DNA of 37,613 nucleotides from positions 1 through 37,613 of the IMG/VR virus record IMGVR_UViG_3300044676_004736; one strand, written 5' to 3'. Position 1 is the first letter of the stretch. Every line of letters starts with the position of its first letter. This stretch comes from a virus. Its lineage: Duplodnaviria; Caudoviricetes. Position numbers and translations under genes: made by a program. Below, piece by piece: positions 1-8,387 of this stretch. The notes below the pieces were generated by a model. It was given only the letters and a program-made list of their open reading frames with translations, did no database searches and was not told the origin of the DNA.

Positions 1-330
1 GGTTCGATTGGTGTATCAACCATACACACAGCCAACCTACATGAAACGATACGGGTACTGGCTAGGCTTTATAAGAAGGGTGCAGAGGGGTGGCCGACCA
101 CCTTGACAGCGGGGATACCCAAGCGTAAGATGTCTGTACGTAGGGACGAGAGGCTGAACAGCCTCATGGGTTTCTGGCGTGGGTTATCAGAGAAGAACGC
201 TGTGTCCTTACTCAAAACGTACGGCTCTATTCAGAAGATCATGGAAGTGGCCTTCACTGAGCCCAACAATTTCTTAGAGATCAAAGGCATCGGCCCTAAA
301 GCGGTCGACAAACTAACGGAGGTACTATGA
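1..330 (+). CDS. 5'-truncated nuclease with C-terminal tandem helix-hairpin-helix (ERCC4/XPF-like or UvrC-type tail)
   Basis: Frame 1 is open from base 1. HhH motifs RGLSEKNAVSLLKTYGSI and EIKGIGPKAVDKL. Confidence 0.6.
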   Translation, partial: GSIGVSTIHTANLHETIRVLARLYKKGAEGWPTTLTAGIPKRKMSVRRDERLNSLMGFWRGLSEKNAVSLLKTYGSIQKIMEVAFTEPNNFLEIKGIGPKAVDKLTEVL

Positions 331-533
331 AGAACGTAACGCTCATGTCCATCAGTGCGATAGCTGAGTACGTGCGTGAATTGGAGACTGAACAGGCACA
401 GGTTGACGATCAGATTGCTAGTATGGCCAAGATTGTGGCCACCGCCGAGACCTCACTTAAAGACGCACACGAACACATCAAGATGTTGGAGAAGGAGTTG
501 CGGGTTGGTGCGAAGAAAGTTCCCGTGGAGTAG
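327..533 (+). CDS. Small coiled-coil protein
   Basis: ATGA overlap with the upstream stop, GGAGG SD, heptad-like sequence. Confidence 0.7.
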   Translation: MKNVTLMSISAIAEYVRELETEQAQVDDQIASMAKIVATAETSLKDAHEHIKMLEKELRVGAKKVPVE

Positions 534-654
534 GTTCTGGTTTGTAGTTCTGCTACTCTCCGCAATCTACTACTTCCTAGGCTTACCAATGATGACAGCC
601 TTCATGGTTGGGAGTATCGTTACAAAGGAGTTAGACGTAATCTATGATCGTTAG
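508..654 (+). CDS. Small membrane protein
   Basis: 3' part of ORF 376-654, with AAGGAG upstream of GTG at 508 and hydrophobic segment FWFVVLLLSAIYYFLGL. Fills the gap between neighbours. Confidence 0.55.
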   Translation: MRRKFPWSRFWFVVLLLSAIYYFLGLPMMTAFMVGSIVTKELDVIYDR

Positions 655-1213
655 TATTTCAGGCCCGATGCACGTGGGTAAGACCACACTGGCAAAGGCT
701 TTGGTGTACCACTACGAGCACTCGTATCGTAAGCCTATGGCTACACAACTACGTGACCTGCTCGATAAGTACAAGATCAAAGAGACACGTGAGAATCTAC
801 AGCGTATAGGCCAAGGCTTACGTGACTGTGACCCTGACGTGTGGGTGAAGGCATGGATGCGGGACAACGGCTTCCTTGTCATGGACAACCTAGTGATAAT
901 TGACGATGCACGTTACCAGAACGAGGTGGACTTGGCAGACATTGCTATCTACCTTGACCTACGTGATGCCGACACTCAGTGGGACAGGTTCAGAACCAGT
1001 GACAAGTACGACCCCGCTATCCTACGTAGTGATTGGAACAAGGCACGTGTACACAGGACTGAGACACAGCCACTGAACTTTGACAACAAGCCTACCTTAA
1101 TGATAAGTACACTAGATAGATCGCAAAAGGAAGTATTCGATGAGGTGTTGGGACTTATTTCCCCCCGTATCGAGCAACCAGTAAGAAAAGAAGTGATGGA
1201 GTTACCGTGGTAA
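644..1213 (+). CDS. Deoxynucleoside monophosphate kinase (P-loop)
   Basis: N-terminal ISGPMHVGKTT, plus RENLQRIGQGLR, DVWV and IIDDARYQNE, all typical of phage dNMP kinases. Confidence 0.85.
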   Translation: MIVSISGPMHVGKTTLAKALVYHYEHSYRKPMATQLRDLLDKYKIKETRENLQRIGQGLRDCDPDVWVKAWMRDNGFLVMDNLVIIDDARYQNEVDLADIAIYLDLRDADTQWDRFRTSDKYDPAILRSDWNKARVHRTETQPLNFDNKPTLMISTLDRSQKEVFDEVLGLISPRIEQPVRKEVMELPW

Positions 1214-1447
1214 ATGGCTAGATATGACTACAAGTGTCCCGGTGGGCACATCAACGAGGTGTCTTTTCCTATAGGTGAGGCACCCAAGACTATCGGGTGT
1301 CCTGAGAGGGAAGACGTACACCCTGAGTTAGATGAGTGTCCAGAAGGGGCTACTCGTATGCTCGCAACACACACCAGTTTCATGATCAACAAGGTGATGA
1401 GCCCACCTTCCAAGCGACTCAAACCTCAGCATTTAGGCAAAGCCTAG
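1214..1447 (+). CDS. FmdB-like zinc-ribbon protein
   Basis: MARYDYKCPGGH...CP...C pattern. Confidence 0.65.
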   Translation: MARYDYKCPGGHINEVSFPIGEAPKTIGCPEREDVHPELDECPEGATRMLATHTSFMINKVMSPPSKRLKPQHLGKA

Positions 1448-1455
1448 GAGACAAC

Positions 1456-1722
1456 ATGACACAACCAATAGGTGCGGTTCTAAGTACGGGTGCAGGTACC
1501 CGCTACGTTGAGATCGCTTCACACAGAGAATACATCGGCAGCATGGTCGATGCTTGTTGGCGTTGCGGCAGTCGATCGATTGTTGCCGAGACATATGGCA
1601 CAGGACTGGAGATCAGATGCCTCTTGTGCTGTCGTAACCAGACAGTAGACACAGCCACATGGAAGGCAGTGGTTATCTACGTAGCAGGTAAGCTTCAAGG
1701 AAAGAGCAGTTACTTTGCTTAG
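1456..1722 (+). CDS. Zinc-ribbon protein
   Basis: AGGAG SD before ATG 1456. CWRC...CLLC. Confidence 0.65.
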   Translation: MTQPIGAVLSTGAGTRYVEIASHREYIGSMVDACWRCGSRSIVAETYGTGLEIRCLLCCRNQTVDTATWKAVVIYVAGKLQGKSSYFA

Positions 1723-1787
1723 AATCCCTATCAACTTACACAGGAACAGTGCCGCTAAGTTGGTGGCTAAAGCATTCGAGGTTATCT

Positions 1788-3998
1788 ATGGCAGAGCAAA
1801 TACACACCCTTAACGAAGAGGTACGAGAGAACAGTGTGTTCTCTAGGTACCCGTACGGGGGGATATCCGGTCGAGGCAGAGGTAAGGACGTGTTCTTCAT
1901 TGCAAAGGCACCCTCCTACTATGCTGCTAAGAAAGGTATAGCGTTTGCTGACGAGTCTGGACAGTTCGTACTGCAACACATGAAGCGGAAAGGCTTCGAC
2001 GTTGGGCAGCTATACGTGACTTACATGATCAAGACACAGGCTAACAAGAACCGTCGCCCTACTCGTAAGGTGCTGGACTTGTCACTAGAGTACCTTGAAC
2101 GTGAGTTGGAGTTGGTCAAGCCTAAGCTGATAGTGGCACTGGGCACTGACGTGTACCGTACGTTCGGGATTAAAGGCAGTATCAACCAGACAAAGGGACG
2201 CATCTTCGACACTGAGTATGGTAAGTTGTTGGTACTCAACGACCCTACTATGTTCAACGTTCCCGGCAAAGGTACTGAGGTACCGCAGTTTGTTACTGGC
2301 ATGGATGCTATTCGTACATACCTCAATGGTTGGGTTGACCCACCTAAGCCGGGAGTGTTCGATCATGAGTGGCACACTGGTCATTACGGCGTAGACGTGG
2401 AGGTGGAAAATTATGAACGAGAAGAAGATGCTTACCTTTACTCAGTTGGTGAGGCTTCTACAGTCGCCCGAAGCGCAGTCACTACTGCGGATTGGTGGCC
2501 AGCCAAAACCGGAACACCAGTCATGCACAACGCCAAGTACGATATCAAGTGGCTCGAACGTGGAGGACAAAAAGTAAACCAGTTCGAGGACACGTTACTA
2601 GAGGCAGCGTTGCTTGGACACAAGCCACTGGCATTGAAAGACTTAATGGCTATCCACTTAGGTGGAGCACCTGACAAGTTCGCTAAGGTGGTGGGTACTG
2701 GTAAGAGCCGCAAACAGTACGCTGACATCCCTGACTTCTTGGACTACAACTCTAAGGACGCATGGGGTACGCTCGCACTGCACAACGTGTATCACCCACA
2801 AATTGTGAAGCGTGGACTGGAACCTATCTATGAGAAAGAGAAGAAGGTACTACGTGTACTGCTCGACATGGAGAAGGCCGGTATGCCACTGGACACTGAG
2901 CAGGTGAAGGCGTGGCGACTAGACCAGTTGAAGCGTATGGGCAGGGCAGAGAGGCGACTGCGGGAGCAGGACGTTGATCTGTCTGACCTTGACAGCATGC
3001 GTCAGAAGTTCTGGAAGGGTAAGCCTAAAGTCATACTGACAGCTAAGAGCAAGCTACCTAGTCTGTCTAAGCTGGACTTGGAAGAGAACAGGAGAGAGGG
3101 TGATGAGTGGGTCGATGATCTTATCGAATGGAAGGAAGCGCAGAAGTTTATCTCGACCTATCTTGATAACTGGATTGGAAAGGATTCACTGCACCCTACT
3201 TTCAATCAGTGTGGAACACAGACATGGCGATTTAGCTGTAGCAACCCCAACCTGCAAAACGTTACTAAACGTGGGGGGAGTCGTTTACCGTATATGTTCG
3301 CAGCACCAGAAGGGTTTACATTTGTCTCGGCAGATGCGTCGCAAGGCGAACTTAGAGAGATGGGTAATCAAGCCTTTCACTATGCCGGTGACACCGGGAT
3401 TGCTGAGTCGTATGCAGCAGGTATTGACATGCACTCAATGTCGGAGACAATCCCGTCGATCATTCGGGTTGCAGAGATCAAGGGCCAGCCGGTTCGTACG
3501 GTTGCTAAATCGTTCAACTTCAAGATTCTATACGGAGGAACGGGAGCAGGAATGGCTAAAGAGTACGGGGTACCCACCGCAGAAGGCGAGGCGATGATTG
3601 ATGGGTTCTACCAGAAGTTCCCCGCTATCAGGGAGGTGCACAACGAGTACAGGCATCAGGCACTGACCACTGGCTACGTGAAGACGTTGACTGGCCGACC
3701 GTTGTATGTACCACAAATGGTCATGGGCGAGGGACAGTTCCATGACAGGGCAGAGCGACAGGCTAAGAACTTCCCAGTACAGGGTGGCCTGATGGAAGTG
3801 ATCAAGGACGCTATGCTTAAGTTCCCTCAGTACTTGCGAATGCAGGTACACGACGAATTACTCTGGCTAGTTCCAGACAGCGAGGTGGCAGACTTTGTAG
3901 TAGAATTAGAAGAGAACCTAAACAGTGACCCGTACGACTGCATCCCCTACGTATGGGACATACACACTGGCAAAAACTGGGGCGAAGCGAAAGGCTAG
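1788..3998 (+). CDS. polA: Family A DNA polymerase with N-terminal uracil-DNA-glycosylase-like domain and 3'-5' exonuclease
   Basis: Exo motifs DVE, HNAKYD, YNSKD. Pol motifs DASQGELR, RTVAKSFNFKILYG, QVHDEL. UDG-fold remnant ELELVKPKLIVALG. GAGG SD favours ATG 1788. Confidence 0.95.
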   Translation: MAEQIHTLNEEVRENSVFSRYPYGGISGRGRGKDVFFIAKAPSYYAAKKGIAFADESGQFVLQHMKRKGFDVGQLYVTYMIKTQANKNRRPTRKVLDLSLEYLERELELVKPKLIVALGTDVYRTFGIKGSINQTKGRIFDTEYGKLLVLNDPTMFNVPGKGTEVPQFVTGMDAIRTYLNGWVDPPKPGVFDHEWHTGHYGVDVEVENYEREEDAYLYSVGEASTVARSAVTTADWWPAKTGTPVMHNAKYDIKWLERGGQKVNQFEDTLLEAALLGHKPLALKDLMAIHLGGAPDKFAKVVGTGKSRKQYADIPDFLDYNSKDAWGTLALHNVYHPQIVKRGLEPIYEKEKKVLRVLLDMEKAGMPLDTEQVKAWRLDQLKRMGRAERRLREQDVDLSDLDSMRQKFWKGKPKVILTAKSKLPSLSKLDLEENRREGDEWVDDLIEWKEAQKFISTYLDNWIGKDSLHPTFNQCGTQTWRFSCSNPNLQNVTKRGGSRLPYMFAAPEGFTFVSADASQGELREMGNQAFHYAGDTGIAESYAAGIDMHSMSETIPSIIRVAEIKGQPVRTVAKSFNFKILYGGTGAGMAKEYGVPTAEGEAMIDGFYQKFPAIREVHNEYRHQALTTGYVKTLTGRPLYVPQMVMGEGQFHDRAERQAKNFPVQGGLMEVIKDAMLKFPQYLRMQVHDELLWLVPDSEVADFVVELEENLNSDPYDCIPYVWDIHTGKNWGEAKG

Positions 3999-4000
3999 AC

Positions 4001-4834
4001 ATGCAAACGAATGTACTTACAGTTCCATGGGAGACACAGCACATCGTACCGATCGGTGACATACAGCTAGGAGCGGGGGGAGTATCCCTTGACACGTTAC
4101 AATCTGACGTTGACCGAGGCATGGCTAACGATGCGTTGTTCATAGGCATGGGTGACTACGTTGATAGTGAATCACCTAGTGGTAGACAGAAGCACAGGAG
4201 TGCAAACTTCTATGACTCTACCAATCAGGCGTTGAATGAAAACAGTGACCGTCAAATCGACACGCTCATGGAAATCTTTGAGCCTACTATTGGGCGGTGG
4301 TTGGGTCTTCATCAGGGGCACCACTACCATGACTACTTCAATGGGGCTACCACTGACACCAAGTTGTGCCAGCGACTAGAGGCTCCGTTCCTAGGCGACA
4401 CGGCCTTCACTCGTATCAAGTTCAAGCGAGGTAAGTCGGTGCAGAGTCTGACCATCTTTAGTACTCACGGTACTGGGTCAGGTGCTACACAGGCTGCTCC
4501 ACTCTCTAAGCTAGAAGGGCTGAGTAAGGGTATCGAGGCTGACATTTATTTGATCAACCACTTCGCCCGTAAGGGTGCGGTACCTGCTGATCGATTGTTC
4601 ATGGACAGGAAAGATCACATCAACCACAGTAAGCGGTGGTACGTGGCTACTGGTGGCTACATGGGAGCGTACACTGAGGGCTCTATGCTTGATGGTCGAC
4701 CCCAAGGCAGCTACGTAGAGAAGGCCATGCTCACCCCTACCACACTGGGTGGAGTTGTGATCAAGGCTGAGCCTATCCGTAAACGTGACGAGGGACAGGA
4801 CACTAGCTACATTGAGACAACGGTGACACTATGA
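4001..4834 (+). CDS. Calcineurin-like metallophosphoesterase
   Basis: GDIQLG, MGDYVD, GHH, THG and NH motifs in canonical order. ATG 4001 follows the pol stop. Confidence 0.8.
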   Translation: MQTNVLTVPWETQHIVPIGDIQLGAGGVSLDTLQSDVDRGMANDALFIGMGDYVDSESPSGRQKHRSANFYDSTNQALNENSDRQIDTLMEIFEPTIGRWLGLHQGHHYHDYFNGATTDTKLCQRLEAPFLGDTAFTRIKFKRGKSVQSLTIFSTHGTGSGATQAAPLSKLEGLSKGIEADIYLINHFARKGAVPADRLFMDRKDHINHSKRWYVATGGYMGAYTEGSMLDGRPQGSYVEKAMLTPTTLGGVVIKAEPIRKRDEGQDTSYIETTVTL

Positions 4835-4887
4835 TCGTAAAGTACACCAATGGCATCAAGTACAAGCTGGAGGGGAAGTACTGGTGA
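4831..4887 (+). CDS. 18-aa mini-ORF MIVKYTNGIKYKLEGKYW
   Basis: ATGA overlap with the upstream stop and GTGA overlap with the RNase H start. Confidence 0.5.
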   Translation: MIVKYTNGIKYKLEGKYW

Positions 4888-5324
4888 TACACATCTGGAC
4901 TGATGGAGCATGCAACGCAACTACACGTAACGGTGGTTGGGCTGCTGTCATTGAGCAGGACAAAGCGTTGGAGCGTCTGAGCGGGGCAGTGTACAACACG
5001 ACTAACAATCGTATGGAGTATACTGCTATCGTTCAGGCACTCGAATGGCTGTACTTGAAGACCCCTCTCGAAGAGCACATTGTGGTACATACCGACAGTA
5101 AGCTGGTAGTAGGTCACGTGCTAGAGGGACACAAGGTTAACAAGAACGCTGACCTAGTGAACAAGGTGAAGAACTGGGTGGAATCTGAGAGTACTCCACA
5201 TGTCACTATCGAATGGCATTCCCGTAACAGTAATGACTATCTCTCATGGTGTGACAAACAGGCCAAATACGAGAAGGAAACTCTTGACTCACGTGGCCCA
5301 CGTAAGCTACAATCAGTACTATAA
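4884..5324 (+). CDS. rnhA: Ribonuclease HI
   Basis: IWTDGAC, GGWAA, TNNRME, HTDS, and C-terminal CDKQA supply the D-E-D-D catalytic set. Confidence 0.93.
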   Translation: MIHIWTDGACNATTRNGGWAAVIEQDKALERLSGAVYNTTNNRMEYTAIVQALEWLYLKTPLEEHIVVHTDSKLVVGHVLEGHKVNKNADLVNKVKNWVESESTPHVTIEWHSRNSNDYLSWCDKQAKYEKETLDSRGPRKLQSVL

Positions 5325-5348
5325 CCCAAGCAGAAAGGAATTCCCCCC

Positions 5349-7055
5349 GTGAATCTATCAGACAATGCAAAGACGGTGATGGAGCGACGTTACTTGCTCC
5401 CCGGCGAGAAGCCAGAGGAATTATTCAGGAGAGTTGCACACCACATTGCATCGTTCAATGATTCAGAGGAACTAGAGGACAGCTTCTATGAGGCTATGAC
5501 TTCATTGAAGTTCTTGCCTAACAGCCCCACTCTAATGAATGCCGGCACTGGGCAGGGGACTCTCAGTGCATGCTTTGTTCTCCCGCTGGACGATACCATG
5601 GAAGGTATCATGAACACCGCTAAAGATGCAGCGTTGGTTCAGAAGTTCGGCGGGGGGACAGGCTTCTCGCTCAGTAAGATCAGACCCAAGGCAGCACCTA
5701 TCAGCACGACACATGGCAAAGCGTGTGGGCCGATCGCTGTACTGGAACATTTGAGTAGCGTTAGCAGACTGGTTACCCAAGGAGGTAAACGTGACGGAGC
5801 GAACATGGCGGTGCTTCACGTATCGCACCCCGATATCATGGACTTCATTACTTGCAAGCAGTTTGAAGGAGACATTCACAACTTCAATATCTCAGTTGGG
5901 GTGGACGCAAAGTTCATGGACGCAGTACGACACGACAGCCTCTATGCGCTCCGTGACCCAGCATCGAGGGCTACAACTGACACAGTAAGGGCGAGGGACA
6001 TCTGGAATGCAACCATCGATGGTGCGTGGCGCAATGGCGAACCGGGGATTATATTCCTCGATGCTGTCAACAAAGAACATTCTAAGCTTGGACTTGGAGA
6101 GATTACGGCAACTAACCCCTGTGGTGAACAGCCACTGCTGCCGAACGAATCTTGCAACCTCGGTTCTATCGATGTCTCTAAATTCATCGATGCCGGTACT
6201 TTTGACTGGGACAGTCTCGAAAGATACGTCAGACTAGGAGTACAGTTTCTTGACAACGTTATCGATGCTAACGAGTACGCAACTGAGGGAATTAGCAAAC
6301 AGACTCTTAGTACTAGAAAGATTGGACTTGGAGTCATGGGATTTGCGGACGCTCTCGTGCGACTGCGTATTCCTTATGACAGTGAGGAAGCTAGACACCT
6401 TGGCGGCAGACTCTTCCAGTTCTTTCGAGACGTTGCTGACCATGAGTCTGAAACACTGGCACTTGCAAGAGGCGCATACCCAGCATCGAATGACGGACGA
6501 TTCCGTAACGCATGCCGGCTTACTATTGCGCCAACCGGAACGATCTCAATGTTGGCTAACTGCTCATCGGGCATCGAACCTCTATTCGCTCTACGCTACA
6601 CCAAACAAAACATCCTTGACCAAGGAGATGGAAGCACTGCGGTAGAGTATGTGAATGACCAACTCTACAGTGACGTAGGGCACAAGGTAACTGAACGGCT
6701 TCTACGGGGGGAACCACTCTCGACAATGCGGCCTGATTTGACAGAAGTGTATAAGACATCAGGAGAGATAAGCGTTGACGGACATGTCAGGATGCAAGCT
6801 GCATTCCAACGATATTGTGATTCAGGAGTTAGTAAGACAATCAATCTCCCTAACTCAGCCAGTCGTGGAGATATTGCACAGGCGTATCTGCTCGCAGAAG
6901 CAGAGGGCTGTAAGGGAATCACTGTGTACCGATCGGGTAGCAGAGACAAAGAGGTTCTCACCGAGACTCTTGACCCGTGCCCTGAGTGCGGCAGTGAGGT
7001 GGCTAACGAGGAGGGATGCCATAAGTGCTACTCCTGTGGATGGAGTGCATGTTAG
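5349..7055 (+). CDS. nrdJ: Class II (adenosylcobalamin-dependent) ribonucleotide reductase
   Basis: PNSPTLMNAG, SACFV, TNPCGEQPL, CNLGS, IAPTGTIS, SKTINLP, KGITVYR, C-terminal CPEC...CYSCGWSAC. No beta-subunit gene adjacent. Confidence 0.93.
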   Translation: MNLSDNAKTVMERRYLLPGEKPEELFRRVAHHIASFNDSEELEDSFYEAMTSLKFLPNSPTLMNAGTGQGTLSACFVLPLDDTMEGIMNTAKDAALVQKFGGGTGFSLSKIRPKAAPISTTHGKACGPIAVLEHLSSVSRLVTQGGKRDGANMAVLHVSHPDIMDFITCKQFEGDIHNFNISVGVDAKFMDAVRHDSLYALRDPASRATTDTVRARDIWNATIDGAWRNGEPGIIFLDAVNKEHSKLGLGEITATNPCGEQPLLPNESCNLGSIDVSKFIDAGTFDWDSLERYVRLGVQFLDNVIDANEYATEGISKQTLSTRKIGLGVMGFADALVRLRIPYDSEEARHLGGRLFQFFRDVADHESETLALARGAYPASNDGRFRNACRLTIAPTGTISMLANCSSGIEPLFALRYTKQNILDQGDGSTAVEYVNDQLYSDVGHKVTERLLRGEPLSTMRPDLTEVYKTSGEISVDGHVRMQAAFQRYCDSGVSKTINLPNSASRGDIAQAYLLAEAEGCKGITVYRSGSRDKEVLTETLDPCPECGSEVANEEGCHKCYSCGWSAC

Positions 7056-7099
7056 TTTAGAGGATTTATTCCCCGGTTACTCATACGAAAGGAACAGAG

Positions 7100-7369
7100 A
7101 TGCTCGCAAAATTATACAAGATGCTGTGGAACCCTACGACTCAGAGGCCGTGGACTTATGCGATAAGGCAGACAGCAGGGTGGAAGAGTACACTCGCTGT
7201 ACTGGTGGCTGTAGCCCTACTACTGTGGCTCCTGACTGTCTCACCCATCGCTTCACTAACATTAGGCGTGGCTAGTGGTTTCCTAGCAGGACACCTGTGG
7301 TGGGACACCAAGGGTAGCTACATAAAGCACAAAGAGTACTTCAAGGAGAACGATGATGTCAAGTGGTAA
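7100..7369 (+). CDS. Small two-TM membrane protein (possible holin)
   Basis: AAGGA SD, two hydrophobic segments, charged C-terminus. Confidence 0.6.
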   Translation: MLAKLYKMLWNPTTQRPWTYAIRQTAGWKSTLAVLVAVALLLWLLTVSPIASLTLGVASGFLAGHLWWDTKGSYIKHKEYFKENDDVKW

Positions 7370-7523
7370 ACCAGTCCTCGACGGTACAGTGGTGACTACT
7401 TCACCTATCGTGGCTGTCCACGGAGAGGCGTTAGAGACGAAGAACACGCTCTATCTACTAGGTGAGCCTCTGGAAGTCCCCTCTGAGGCACCTGCGGACT
7501 GTTGCGGGGGGAATTGTAGCTAG
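7356..7523 (+). CDS. 55-aa hypothetical protein (not in ORF track)
   Basis: AAGGAG SD. MSSGKPVLDGTVVTTSPIVAVHGEALETKNTLYLLGEP...DCCGGNCS. Its stop overlaps the next start. Confidence 0.7.
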   Translation: MSSGKPVLDGTVVTTSPIVAVHGEALETKNTLYLLGEPLEVPSEAPADCCGGNCS

Positions 7524-7960
7524 TGCGGGGTAAGAAAGACAACATATACATGCAGATGGCAATGGCTGCGTCAAAACTGAGCACGTGCAGGAGAGCAAAT
7601 CATGGGGCAGTTATCACAGTGGATGATCGAGTGGTTGGAATCGGCTACAATGGAGCAGCTAAAGGGCTTCCGCACTGCTATGACGTTGGTTGCCACGTCT
7701 CTACCGACTCCCAACGGTGCGAGCGTAGTATCCATGCAGAGACTAATGCCCTCATCAACGCCACAAGGGGTGTCACGGGAGGAACTATCTACGTCACTGG
7801 TGAACCTTGTGAAAGAGATGCAGTCCTCATCGTTCAGGCGGGACTGGCTAGGGTTGTGATCAACTCAGGTCGGGATTATTTCGTAGATAACAAGGCATTG
7901 GCCGACGAAGTTAAGTCGTGGTACCAGAGTGCTGGAATACGGTTTGACATCTTGGACTGA
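7523..7960 (+). CDS. dCMP deaminase
   Basis: STCRR, GYNG, IHAETNA, PCERD (the second Cys of PCxxC is replaced by Asp). Confidence 0.9.
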   Translation: MRGKKDNIYMQMAMAASKLSTCRRANHGAVITVDDRVVGIGYNGAAKGLPHCYDVGCHVSTDSQRCERSIHAETNALINATRGVTGGTIYVTGEPCERDAVLIVQAGLARVVINSGRDYFVDNKALADEVKSWYQSAGIRFDILD

Positions 7961-7975
7961 ACCTGTTACTATAAT
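7944..7975 (+). promoter_or_regulatory. Sigma70-type promoter
   Basis: TTGACA (7944) - 17 nt - TACTAT (7967) with extended TG. An overlapping TATAAT lies at 7970. Confidence 0.75.
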
Positions 7976-7980
7976 AGTAA

Positions 7981-8107
7981 GAGCGGGGGGAAATAGTCTA
8001 CTAGGATTCGCCTGACAGGTCGAACTCAGAAGACACTGCTCAGAGGGTCGGCTCGAAGATCATCTCGGTTTATGACATGATCGGTTGGGTCGGCCCTCTA
8101 TTTATTT
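7981..8107 (+). ncRNA. Putative structured small RNA of unknown family
   Basis: Starts just downstream of the promoter and has no credible ORF. Two adjacent helical domains with G-U pairs valid only on the + strand. Confidence 0.55.
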
Positions 8108-8387
8108 ACCACTTTACTTTGTCAGCCCAGTAAGCAGCAGACATCTTGCCTTTGGCAATGTTGCTACCATGTCGGGCTTTGAAAGACTTGCGCCTAGCTT
8201 TCTGCTTGGCACTTGTTGGGTTCTTGCCAGCACCAGACACACCTTGTTGACCAAAGCGAATCGTCTTTACCTTGTCACCAGATTTAGCCACAACAACGTG
8301 AGACTTCTTTGGGTGGTTAGGTGTGCGCTTAGGTTTGTTGTAACCGGATACACCAGCACGTTTTAGTCTAGGGTCAGCCTTAGCCAT
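8106..8387 (-). CDS. Highly basic conserved phage protein
   Basis: GYNKPKRTPNHPKKSHVVVAK...IRFGQQG...RRKSFKARH...SAAYWADKVKW is recognisable as common in aquatic phages. Function unknown. Confidence 0.85.
   Translation of the reverse strand: MAKADPRLKRAGVSGYNKPKRTPNHPKKSHVVVAKSGDKVKTIRFGQQGVSGAGKNPTSAKQKARRKSFKARHGSNIAKGKMSAAYWADKVKW

Noticed and set aside
1788-7055. Introns or inteins in polA or nrdJ
   Set aside because: Both ORFs are continuous and compact, without homing-endonuclease or splice-junction motifs.
6775-7275. 166-aa alternative-frame ORF overlapping nrdJ
   Set aside because: Shadow of nrdJ and gene 7100-7369; no motif or SD.
8020-8041. TCAGAAGACACTGC resembles the B12 box of cobalamin riboswitches, tempting given nrdJ
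   Set aside because: The other conserved cobalamin riboswitch elements are missing and there is no downstream + gene to regulate.
7981-8100. tRNA, SRP or hammerhead identity for the structured RNA
   Set aside because: No cloverleaf with GTTCRA T-loop, no SRP GGAA/AGCAG motif, no CTGANGA...GAAA core.
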